A DNA stretch of 64,000 nucleotides from an uncultured delta proteobacterium (GTDB lineage: Bacteria > Desulfobacterota > Binatia > Binatales > Binataceae), in contig CAWEEQ010000004.1 of assembly GCA_963808235.1 (NCBI GenBank), forward strand, positions 1,280,001 through 1,344,000, read 5' to 3'. How positions within the stretch are numbered: position 1 is the stretch's first letter; each line of letters starts with the position of its first letter. The notes under the pieces are model-generated. The model ran no database searches. It was not told where the DNA came from and worked only from the letters and a program-made list of their open reading frames with translations. The position numbers and the translations under genes were made by a program. This document shows, piece by piece, positions 9,764-17,629 of the stretch.

Positions 9764-11393
9764 CCGCAATCACCAACGGTGGCAAATGCAGATACGTAAT
9801 CGAGGCCGAGCGCCCGAGCTCCGCGGTCGCCATCGCGATTGCCTCGTCGAGCGTGTCAGCCGCTTCCCATCCCATTCGCGCCGCTACTTCAGGCTCTTCG
9901 CAGCCCGCCGCAATCACGCGGCCAAGGTGCTGACGCGCCGGCTCGCCCCAGTACCACATGTAGAATGGATGCACCCCGTGATACGCGTTGCCGTAGCGAT
10001 ACATATGGATGTAAGTCGGGTTGCGTGCGAACTCATGCTCGAAATTCTTCTCGAGTTCGACCGCGTCGGTCGTCTCGGCGAGGCATCGATGGAAAAACTC
10101 GATGTAACTCGGATGATGCTCGGGATGAAACTCGTCGCGCAGCGGATGACAAACGATCATGGTGCCACCTTCTCGCACCAGCGGCTTGTTGCGGTACATG
10201 TTGAACAGGTAACCGAGTCCGGTGCACTGCGCGAGAATCGGATTCATGATCGAGTTCACGTTGTACGGACAGATGTACGGGACCCCGACGATCAGAATGT
10301 CGGCCTGACCCTTCACCGGCACCGCGTATTGTTGGAAGACTCGCGCGAGCGCCTTCTGATGCACCGTCTCGGTGTCGCCCGCCCACACCCCGATCATTCC
10401 GTAGGGCGCCGCATAGTTGTGCAGCACCTGGCGGCGAAGCTCGCTCGACATGTTGCGCAGCGTCCACTGAAAACCCTTCAACCGCGTGCGATCCCAATCG
10501 CTGAACTGGTCTTCGTTCTTGTGCAGGAAATCGAGCATCCCGCCGTACATCCGAGTGTTCACCGCGGTCTCGATCTGAAAAATATTCAGCGATTCGTGGA
10601 TGAGCTTGCCCATCCGATCCGACGAGCGATGCAGCGCCGAGCGCGTGGGATCCATGTACGAATGCGAATCGCGCAGCGTCTGCGGGTTATGGTGATGACG
10701 CAGGCTCTGATACGGCGCGAGACCCACGGCAACCGACTTATGCCCGCCGTCCATCGGCACCAGGTTGATATTCAGATAGATGAGCAGGTCGGAATCCGCG
10801 GCGCGCTTCGAGAGCCAGACTTCCTCGCCATGGCCGGTTTTGCCGAGCATCGCAAGCTCGGCGCGATTTTCCGCGTCGAAATTGTATAGCCGGTCCGGCC
10901 AGTACTGTTTGAACGCGCGCTCGCCCACGATTCGGCGAATCTCCGCCTCCGTCATCCGCCGATGTAGCGAAGTGGCGATCACAAGGTGCACGTCATCGAC
11001 GCCGTAGTCGGCGAGAGTCTGCAGCACCTGGTTCAGGAGGCGCTCGCGGATGTCGGGCCGGCGCATCTGCGGCAGCGGCAAACTGATGTCGTCGATAGCG
11101 ATCGTCACGCGCATGTTGGGACTCAACTGCGCGAACAACGGATCCTGGTTTTCAGGATGAAGCAGCGCGTAGCGAATCGCCTGGTCGGCATCCGCGAGCG
11201 GCTCCAGCGGCGGCGGTGGATAGATCACTCGCGTGCCCACCGGCAGCTTCTCGAACAGGAACTCTTCGCCGCAAGGAATGATCCGGCGCTCGGAACGCCG
11301 GTTGACGGTCACGACCAGGTCGCGGCGCGCACCGACTTCATGACGAAGCTCGGCGGGCTTGAGTTCCTTGAGCTTGCCTTCAGGACGCGCCAT
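9753..11393 (-). CDS. Lactate-racemase (LarA/DUF2088)-fold protein, ElbC-like
   Basis: VTIAIDDISLP, IATSLHRRMT, GGHKS motifs; overlaps the neighbouring genes on both sides. Confidence 0.75.
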   Translation of the reverse strand: MARPEGKLKELKPAELRHEVGARRDLVVTVNRRSERRIIPCGEEFLFEKLPVGTRVIYPPPPLEPLADADQAIRYALLHPENQDPLFAQLSPNMRVTIAIDDISLPLPQMRRPDIRERLLNQVLQTLADYGVDDVHLVIATSLHRRMTEAEIRRIVGERAFKQYWPDRLYNFDAENRAELAMLGKTGHGEEVWLSKRAADSDLLIYLNINLVPMDGGHKSVAVGLAPYQSLRHHHNPQTLRDSHSYMDPTRSALHRSSDRMGKLIHESLNIFQIETAVNTRMYGGMLDFLHKNEDQFSDWDRTRLKGFQWTLRNMSSELRRQVLHNYAAPYGMIGVWAGDTETVHQKALARVFQQYAVPVKGQADILIVGVPYICPYNVNSIMNPILAQCTGLGYLFNMYRNKPLVREGGTMIVCHPLRDEFHPEHHPSYIEFFHRCLAETTDAVELEKNFEHEFARNPTYIHMYRYGNAYHGVHPFYMWYWGEPARQHLGRVIAAGCEEPEVAARMGWEAADTLDEAIAMATAELGRSASITYLHLPPLVIADVE

Positions 11394-12228
11394 TCGAACC
11401 TCGCCTGTTTTGCTCGCGGTCTTCTTCGTCGTCGAAGTTGGATTCGCCAATATCGTCCAGGACCGCGTCGCCGTCCGAAGAAACACGGTCGTTCGAAAAA
11501 GCCAGATCGCGCGAAGACGGACTCTTCTCGAAACGGATCACAGGCCATTGCCGATTGGTCGCCGCGGTGAACAACTTGCGATCGGGATTGACGGCTACCG
11601 GATGCCCCAACGCGGCGAGGAACGCCGTGTCGTAGTGCGAGTCCGCGTACCCCCAACAATCGGCGAGGTCGATATCCCGCTCGGCGGCATATTGCGCGCA
11701 CCAGACCGCCTTCTCGTCGCTGGCCATCACCGGCGCTTTAAGTCGCCCCGTCGCCACGCCTCGGCTGAAGACGAATCGGTTGGCGGCGAAGTCTGCGATC
11801 TCCAGATGCCGCGCGAGCGGTTCCACGATGAAATCCGGCGAGCCGGTTACCAGCACCGGCGCGATACCGGCGCTGCGATTCGCCTCGATCAGCTCGACCG
11901 CCAGCGGATACAGGTTGCGAATCAGTACCCGCTCGCAATATTCTTCGCCGAGCGAGAACAGGCGATCGCGCGAGACACCCTTGAAAGCCTCGAACAGGAC
12001 CGTGTTCAAGAGCCGCCGATCGCGGCGCTCGGCAAGGTAGAGTTGCGGGATTCGCGCCGCGAAGCCGAACAGGTACGACAGCCGCCCGCTCCATTCGCCG
12101 ACGTTGGCGAGCATAAAAAGCGCTGCATGCACCAGGTTCAAGCCGACCAGGGTGCCGTCGAGGTCGTAAAAAGCGGCGCGGCGCTTTTTCACTCGCGCCA
12201 TGGCGCCATCTTTGTGGGAAACTGACAT
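11380..12228 (-). CDS. HAD-IB family phosphatase (ElbB/SerB-like); start possibly 12201
   Basis: AAFYDLDGTL, LVTGSPD, GYADSHYD, GHPVAVNPD. Confidence 0.9.
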   Translation of the reverse strand: MSVSHKDGAMARVKKRRAAFYDLDGTLVGLNLVHAALFMLANVGEWSGRLSYLFGFAARIPQLYLAERRDRRLLNTVLFEAFKGVSRDRLFSLGEEYCERVLIRNLYPLAVELIEANRSAGIAPVLVTGSPDFIVEPLARHLEIADFAANRFVFSRGVATGRLKAPVMASDEKAVWCAQYAAERDIDLADCWGYADSHYDTAFLAALGHPVAVNPDRKLFTAATNRQWPVIRFEKSPSSRDLAFSNDRVSSDGDAVLDDIGESNFDDEEDREQNRRGSNGAS

Positions 12229-12234
12229 GTCAGT
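12221..12234. promoter_or_regulatory. Perfect 14-bp palindrome ACTGACATGTCAGT, candidate TetR operator
   Basis: Self-complementary; lies directly after the tetR stop at the start of the HAD gene and overlaps a minus-strand TAGACT -10-like hexamer. Confidence 0.5.
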
Positions 12235-12900
12235 CTAGTTTTTGCTCCAAAAAAAAGGGTCCGGGTCGGGGCCGGACTCGCTCGCCGACTCGCCCTGAGG
12301 ACGGATAAACTTCAGCAGCTCCGGCCGCGCCACTCCGCGCAGTCCGAAGTCGAGGATCTCTTCGACGAATTCCTGCTTGTCGATCCCGCGGCTGCGCGAG
12401 ATCATGCCGATTACCTCCTTGATGCCGCCCAAAATCGCGTACGAGGTCGCGCGCGTGTTCGATTTGCGCACCAGGTTCATTTCGATTCCCAAATCCAGCG
12501 AACGCTGAATCAGCGCCGCGATTCGATCGTAAAAATCCTGGATTTTCTCGTCGAGCTCGCGGTCGAAGCCGGTCGAATGATTGAGCAGGATGTCGGTGAG
12601 TTCGCGTTCGGTGAGCACGTATGCGAGCACCCGCTCGAGGTTATCGCGCAACTGTTGCACCGGATCGGGATGCCCCGGGCCAACCCGCAGCCGTTCAATC
12701 CTGGTCGTCAGTTCGCCGACCACTTGCTCGAGCAGTTCCTCGAAAAGGTCTTTCTTGTTCTGAAAATAAAGATAAAAGGTGCCCCGCGCGATTCCCGCGC
12801 GCGCAATGATGTCCGCAACGTTGGTCCTGTGATAACCCTTGCGAGCAAAGATACGTTTGGCGTGGCGCAACACTTGCGCGCGTCGTGCTTGACGTTCCAT
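12235..12900 (-). CDS. TetR/AcrR family transcriptional regulator
   Basis: IFARKGYHRTNVADIIARAGIARGTFYLYFQNKKDLF HTH. Confidence 0.93.
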   Translation of the reverse strand: MERQARRAQVLRHAKRIFARKGYHRTNVADIIARAGIARGTFYLYFQNKKDLFEELLEQVVGELTTRIERLRVGPGHPDPVQQLRDNLERVLAYVLTERELTDILLNHSTGFDRELDEKIQDFYDRIAALIQRSLDLGIEMNLVRKSNTRATSYAILGGIKEVIGMISRSRGIDKQEFVEEILDFGLRGVARPELLKFIRPQGESASESGPDPDPFFWSKN

Positions 12901-12933
12901 CGGGGGTGCCTTGGGCAGAATTCCGGCGACTTC

Positions 12934-12963
12934 AGGCTAGTCCACGAATACTTTTAGTGTCAA
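12934..12963 (-). promoter_or_regulatory. Candidate sigma70 promoter for the tetR-elb operon
   Basis: Minus-strand TTGACA-18 bp-TAGCCT, about 35 bp upstream of the tetR ATG. Confidence 0.5.
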
Positions 12964-13011
12964 ACCAATATCGGCGTAGAATTTCGTGCCAAAACTTCTT
13001 GAGGAGAACGA

Positions 13012-13467
13012 TTGATGAGCGACCCATCTTTTTGGAACAAAGTCCACGCGGCTGCCAGCAAAGCAACATGGGCATATCTCGCGACCGCCGACGGAAATCA
13101 GCCCAAAGTTCGCGTCGTGCATCCCGCGTTCGAAGGCGAACGCGTATGGGTCGCGACCGGCCGCGGCTCGGCGAAGGCCCGCCAGATCGGAAAAAATTCC
13201 AACGTGGAACTCTTCTACCAGATTGGCGCCGAGATGGTTCATCTGACCGTGACTGGGAAGGCGACCTTTGTCGCGGACCCGGCCGAGAAGAAGCGAATCT
13301 GGAACGGGAAGGTGTTCGATTACGATCTCAGTCAGTTCTGGCCGGCCGGGCCCGACGCGGATGACTTTGGCCTGATGCTGATAACACCGGCGCGCATTGA
13401 GCTGACGTCGTTGTCTGAGATGACGACCGGAAAGAAGCCTGAAGTCTGGCGCAGTGCTAAAAAGTGA
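13012..13467 (+). CDS. Pyridoxamine 5'-phosphate oxidase-like FMN-binding protein (general stress protein 26-like)
   Basis: LATADGNQPKVR, TGRGSAKARQIGKNSNVEL; GAGGAG SD upstream. Confidence 0.82.
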   Translation: MMSDPSFWNKVHAAASKATWAYLATADGNQPKVRVVHPAFEGERVWVATGRGSAKARQIGKNSNVELFYQIGAEMVHLTVTGKATFVADPAEKKRIWNGKVFDYDLSQFWPAGPDADDFGLMLITPARIELTSLSEMTTGKKPEVWRSAKK

Positions 13468-13660
13468 TTACTCACATCGACTGGCTATTCAACGATTAGC
13501 TACTTTGAGCATTATTGTGAGGCATGAAATGTAGTAAACTATCTGTTCCGCGCCGACCAAAATACATAGTCAAGTAGTTACCTTAGTAACACCGCGCACT
13601 CCTCTCATTTCGCGCTTCGATCTCAGTATGTGAGCGACTGAAATAAAAGAGGGGTATACA

Positions 13661-14905
13661 ATGTTAAGAAGCTCGAAGGTCGGGCGCGGCTCGGTTGGGC
13701 GATGGACAGTGGCGGCGGGAGCGTTGATCGTCGCGCTCACTGTCACGGCTTCCGCTTCCAATTCATTCGCCACCATTATTGAGGCCTGTCAGAGGCGCAA
13801 CGGCAGAATTCTGATCGTCGATCCCAAGGGCTCCAAGGGTCCAGCGCATTGTGATCAGGACGAGACCCTGATCACCTGGAACGTACAGGGTCTGACGGGT
13901 CAGATGGGTCAGCAAGGTCCGGCAGGTCCGGTGGGTCAAGCAGGTCCGGCAGGTCAGGCAGGGTCAGCGGGGCCTGCGGGACCACTGGGTCCTATCGGAT
14001 CGGCGGGACCGTCGGGACCGAGTGGCCCGATGGGTAACGCCGGCGCGGCCGGACTGACCGGACCAGCGGGACCGAGTGGCCCGATGGGTGACACCGGCGC
14101 GGCCGGACCAACCGGACCAGCGGGACCGAGTGGCCCGATGGGTGACACCGGCGCGGCCGGACTGACCGGACCAGCGGGACCGAGTGGCCCGATGGGTGAC
14201 ACCGGCGCGGCCGGACCGACCGGACCCTCGGGACCGAGTGGCCCGATGGGTGACACCGGCGCGGCCGGACCGACCGGACCCTCGGGATCGAGTGGCCCGA
14301 TAGGTAACACCGGGGCGGCCGGACCGACCGGACCAGCAGGCGCTGACGGAGCCTCTGGCGCTACTGGCGCGACAGGTCCCTTGGGACCATCAGGGCCAGC
14401 GGGCGCGGACGGATCTGCGGGAGCTACTGGAGCGACTGGCCCCTCTGGTCCGACAGGTGCGACCGGTTCGAGTTCGGCGCTGGTCTTTGGCGGCACTCAA
14501 AACAGCTCGATGGACGTCACCAATCCGACCTATATGGGTCCAGGCAACGGCGTCCTTGTCACAGCCGTCCAGACCACCGGGACCCAAACGGTTGGCGTCC
14601 CGATGCCAGTCGCGGGCATCCTGAGCAATCTCCAGATACATATCACGAACCCTATGTTTGAGCCTCTGGGTTTGGATTCCTGGACATTCAATGTATGCGT
14701 GAACAACACCTGCACGAATGGTTTGGCATGCACGATAAACAGCGGGATAATTCCAACCACGGTGTGCAGTGACAACGTCGACACCGTGAGCTTTGCCGCT
14801 GGTGACCTCCTGACGATTCAGGCAGTGCCGACCAACAATTCAGGTCTACTGCCAGCTACGCCGGCGGGTTTCTCGGCCACCTACGCGCCGCTGCCGCCGA
14901 CGTAA
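13661..14905 (+). CDS. Secreted collagen-like (Gly-X-Y) protein with C-terminal beta domain
   Basis: N-terminal signal peptide, long uninterrupted GXY tract, Cys-containing C-terminal domain; AGAGG SD. Confidence 0.85.
   Translation: MLRSSKVGRGSVGRWTVAAGALIVALTVTASASNSFATIIEACQRRNGRILIVDPKGSKGPAHCDQDETLITWNVQGLTGQMGQQGPAGPVGQAGPAGQAGSAGPAGPLGPIGSAGPSGPSGPMGNAGAAGLTGPAGPSGPMGDTGAAGPTGPAGPSGPMGDTGAAGLTGPAGPSGPMGDTGAAGPTGPSGPSGPMGDTGAAGPTGPSGSSGPIGNTGAAGPTGPAGADGASGATGATGPLGPSGPAGADGSAGATGATGPSGPTGATGSSSALVFGGTQNSSMDVTNPTYMGPGNGVLVTAVQTTGTQTVGVPMPVAGILSNLQIHITNPMFEPLGLDSWTFNVCVNNTCTNGLACTINSGIIPTTVCSDNVDTVSFAAGDLLTIQAVPTNNSGLLPATPAGFSATYAPLPPT
14013..14336 (+). repeat. Six tandem 54-bp repeats in the collagen tract
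   Basis: Copies start at 14013, 14067, 14121, 14175, 14229, 14283 (GPSGPMGDTGAAGPTGPA unit). Confidence 0.92.
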
Positions 14906-14924
14906 AAATCACCAACACGAAAAC

Positions 14925-14962
14925 ACTCGGCCCCCGATGCATCGACGCCTCGGGGGCCGAGT
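14925..14962. terminator. GC-rich hairpin between convergent genes
   Basis: ACTCGGCCCCCGA ... TCGGGGGCCGAGT 13-bp stem. Confidence 0.65.
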
Positions 14963-14980
14963 CTCCACACTGGGATTCGT

Positions 14981-15481
14981 TCACCCCCGCACGCGCTCAC
15001 GGGCGAAGATCGCACGCTCTTCCGCGGTCATCTTTTCGCGGATTCGCGATCCTTTGCCGAGATGCCGATACTGGCCGCCTTCCGAAAAATATTCTTCCCA
15101 TGGCTCGGGCGGAGCCGGCTCATCGGGCGGCGTGTCGGTGACCTTAACGCCGAGAACGTTTTCGACCAGGCTGGTGTCGTACATTCGGACCGCATCGTAG
15201 TCGGTCAGCAGCGCGCAGACCTCGACGCAGATGTAACATCCGATGCATTCCTGGAAGCGGTCCTGAACCGGCTGCACGCCGCGGCCCGGAACCGAGCCCG
15301 CCGCCAGATACTCGATGCACTGAACTGGACAGAACTCCGGGCACTTGCCGCACGGGAAGCACAGGTTCACGTCCATGAACGCAACTTCACGCGGCCGCTT
15401 CTTCTTTCGTCCGATTTCTTCGGGAGTCTCCGGGATGCGATCTTCCTTGAGACGACGCTTGATAATTTCGATTGCGCTCAT
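14981..15481 (-). CDS. 2x[4Fe-4S] dicluster ferredoxin-like protein
   Basis: CFPCGKCPEFCP and CIGCYICVEVC motifs. Confidence 0.82.
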   Translation of the reverse strand: MSAIEIIKRRLKEDRIPETPEEIGRKKKRPREVAFMDVNLCFPCGKCPEFCPVQCIEYLAAGSVPGRGVQPVQDRFQECIGCYICVEVCALLTDYDAVRMYDTSLVENVLGVKVTDTPPDEPAPPEPWEEYFSEGGQYRHLGKGSRIREKMTAEERAIFARERVRG

Positions 15482-15584
15482 ACAGCTATAGTCACCCGTT
15501 TTATGGGCGCCCGGTCAAGCGCAGCAAATCTGAAAGTGGCGAACGTCTATCCGATCGCGGCGCGTCTACCTGATCGCCAAGCGT

Positions 15585-17192
15585 CTATCTGATCGCAAAA
15601 ATGCGTCCGTCCGAATTTCCAATGTAGAGCATCCCCGATGCCGACACCGCGGTAGTCGTGATCGTGCCGAAACTTCGCGCCGTCCACACGAAATTACCGT
15701 CGTTGCCGAGCATCGCGCCCAATCCGTCGGTCGCCGCGTCGAATACCTCGTCGTAATTGACCGCCGACATTCCGCCGCGATCCGGTTTGACCGACGGCTG
15801 AGTCCATCTGACCTGCCCGTCCGCGAGAACTCCGTAGATTGCATTTGAACCGAAGAAAATTGTTCCTGACGGTGCGACCGCCGGTCCCGCGATCACAGGA
15901 CGCGCTGTGCTGACGTGCCAGAGCGGATTGCCGGTTCTCAGATCGATTGCGTAAAGCGCGCCGCTGAGCGAGCCCGCGTACACCACGTCGTCCGCGTATG
16001 CCAGCGCTCCTGAGAATCCACCCTCAGGAGTGAACTTCCAGATCACGGCGCCATCCGATGCGAGCGATGTGACCGCGCCTCCTGCCGACGCGATCGCAAC
16101 ACCGTCCACCGTAGTTGCGGCCATCGTCGCCCGTCCGACGTGGACTCTCCAGTCGAGCGTTCCGGCACTGCTGACAGATAAGAGATCCGAGCCCGCCGCG
16201 ACATATATGGTGCTATCGGTTGCGGCCAACGGTCCCGGTCCTGCGCCGGTTTCAAGATGCCACTCCGGCACTCCGCTGGCGTCGACCGCCGCGAGCGTCG
16301 ACGTTGACGACATCGCGATCACCGTTCCGTTGGCGAGAACCACGGGCGCCAGGCCCTCCGCCTGCCGCCGCAATGTTTCGTTGCCTGCTGAATCCACCCC
16401 ATGAAGCACGCCGTCATCAGTGATGAAATAAATCGAGCCGTCGTTGCCGGTCGCGATTCGGCCGCGCAATCCCGCGCCCGTATCGAAGCTCCACATCAGG
16501 ATGCCGGCGCTCTGCGCCGACGGTCCGGGGGTGCTCTGAGCCGCAGGAGCGCCATTGCCCTTGAGCGCGGGCGTGACGGTCGGAAGCGGCGTGGGGCACG
16601 GAAATGGCGTGCCGCATACGCCCAAGTCTGCAACGTAGACTCCGACCAGGACGGATTGGCTGATCACACCCGAATTGCTTGCCTGGATGCAGGTGCATCC
16701 GGTGTTTCCGGTCGTATAGATGCCGCCGTTGGGGCCCGACGCCGGCGGAAACAGGATGTCAGGATTCAGCGAGGTCCAAAGCGTGCCCGGAGCGGTCGTC
16801 AGATCCTGGAACTTGGGCTTCGATACTCTTTTCTTCTGAAATGTACCGATCGCATTGAAGAAGACCTGCCCTCCGGTCGGCACTCCGGTCGGTCCCCCCG
16901 GCACCAGCGTCGCCGACGCTGCCGTGGTTGGCGTCAACGTCGCCGTGGGTGTTTTCGTCGGCGTTTTCTTTGGGGTGCGCGTAACACTACCGCTCGGAGT
17001 GGGCGTGAACGTGGGTTCAAATGTCGGAGACCCCGGTGGGCCGTTCTGGATGCTCAAGACTCTAAGTGAAAAACCCGGCGACGGAGTTGGGTTGGAGGAT
17101 GAACCGCCGCCGCCAGTGCAGCTGAGCAAGAGCGCCCCGCAAACGAATAACACAACCGGCGAAATCACCAGCCATCTGAGCCACCGCGACAT
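15585..17192 (-). CDS. Lipoprotein with PQQ-type beta-propeller repeats
   Basis: Lipobox LLLSC, Pro/Thr linker, repeats such as VYAGSLSGALYAIDLRTGNPLW and LYIGNSDGRIFAI. Confidence 0.8.
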   Translation of the reverse strand: MSRWLRWLVISPVVLFVCGALLLSCTGGGGSSSNPTPSPGFSLRVLSIQNGPPGSPTFEPTFTPTPSGSVTRTPKKTPTKTPTATLTPTTAASATLVPGGPTGVPTGGQVFFNAIGTFQKKRVSKPKFQDLTTAPGTLWTSLNPDILFPPASGPNGGIYTTGNTGCTCIQASNSGVISQSVLVGVYVADLGVCGTPFPCPTPLPTVTPALKGNGAPAAQSTPGPSAQSAGILMWSFDTGAGLRGRIATGNDGSIYFITDDGVLHGVDSAGNETLRRQAEGLAPVVLANGTVIAMSSTSTLAAVDASGVPEWHLETGAGPGPLAATDSTIYVAAGSDLLSVSSAGTLDWRVHVGRATMAATTVDGVAIASAGGAVTSLASDGAVIWKFTPEGGFSGALAYADDVVYAGSLSGALYAIDLRTGNPLWHVSTARPVIAGPAVAPSGTIFFGSNAIYGVLADGQVRWTQPSVKPDRGGMSAVNYDEVFDAATDGLGAMLGNDGNFVWTARSFGTITTTAVSASGMLYIGNSDGRIFAIR

Positions 17193-17284
17193 CAACATCA
17201 AGCAATGAGCTATGACGATGCATTCGCGTGCTGTCAAGTTATCATCGTGTCACGAGAGAAAGTTTCGCACTCAATCGTCAAGAC

Positions 17285-17302
17285 GAATTCAAATTTGAAT
17301 TC
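17285..17302. promoter_or_regulatory. Perfect 18-bp palindrome GAATTCAAATTTGAATTC, candidate regulator site
   Basis: Self-complementary AT-rich site upstream of the beta-propeller lipoprotein gene. Confidence 0.4.
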
Positions 17303-17365
17303 ATATCGACTAATGCGAACGCAAGTGATCGCACGCGGACAAATGATCGCGGAGAACAAAAAAAC

Positions 17366-17525
17366 AAAAAAATGGCGGGCAACTGAAGAGGGGGGGACTC
17401 TCCAATGCCCGCCGTGTTCGTAGCGGCCGTCCGCGTACGCTGCGGACGGTACCTGATTGGAGGGAGGAACATCCAACCAGAGGGTGCCAGAGCCGTCTGC
17501 ACCCAATTAGTGAGACGATTCACTT
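17366..17525 (-). ncRNA. Candidate small regulatory RNA (five hairpins, C-rich loops, intrinsic terminator)
   Basis: Minus-strand stems AGTGA/TCACT, GGGTGC/GCACCC, CTGGTTGGA/TCCAATCAG, CCGTCCGC/GCGGACGG, GGCGGGCA/TGCCCGCC followed by a T7 run. Confidence 0.55.
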
Positions 17526-17629
17526 TTGAGATTATTCAAAGGAGTTCATTCAAGTTAAAAAAATTTTATTTGTTTGCGTCCGCCAGGAGACCGACTAGAC
17601 TTTAATTCCAGAGGATTCGAAAAAAACCC

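Noticed and set aside
9464-9769. Programmed ribosomal frameshift in elbD, uvrC or comEC
   Set aside because: No slippery heptamer or shared signal at the breaks; similar indels in many unrelated genes favour assembly error.
14013-14336. Regular tandem repeats as a possible CRISPR array
   Set aside because: The units are contiguous, in-frame 54-mers encoding collagen, with no unique spacers and no cas genes.
17234-17523. ORFs of 81-90 aa over the candidate sRNA
   Set aside because: No SD sequence, atypical codons, and they read through a terminator and poly-T tract; RNA structure explains the region better.
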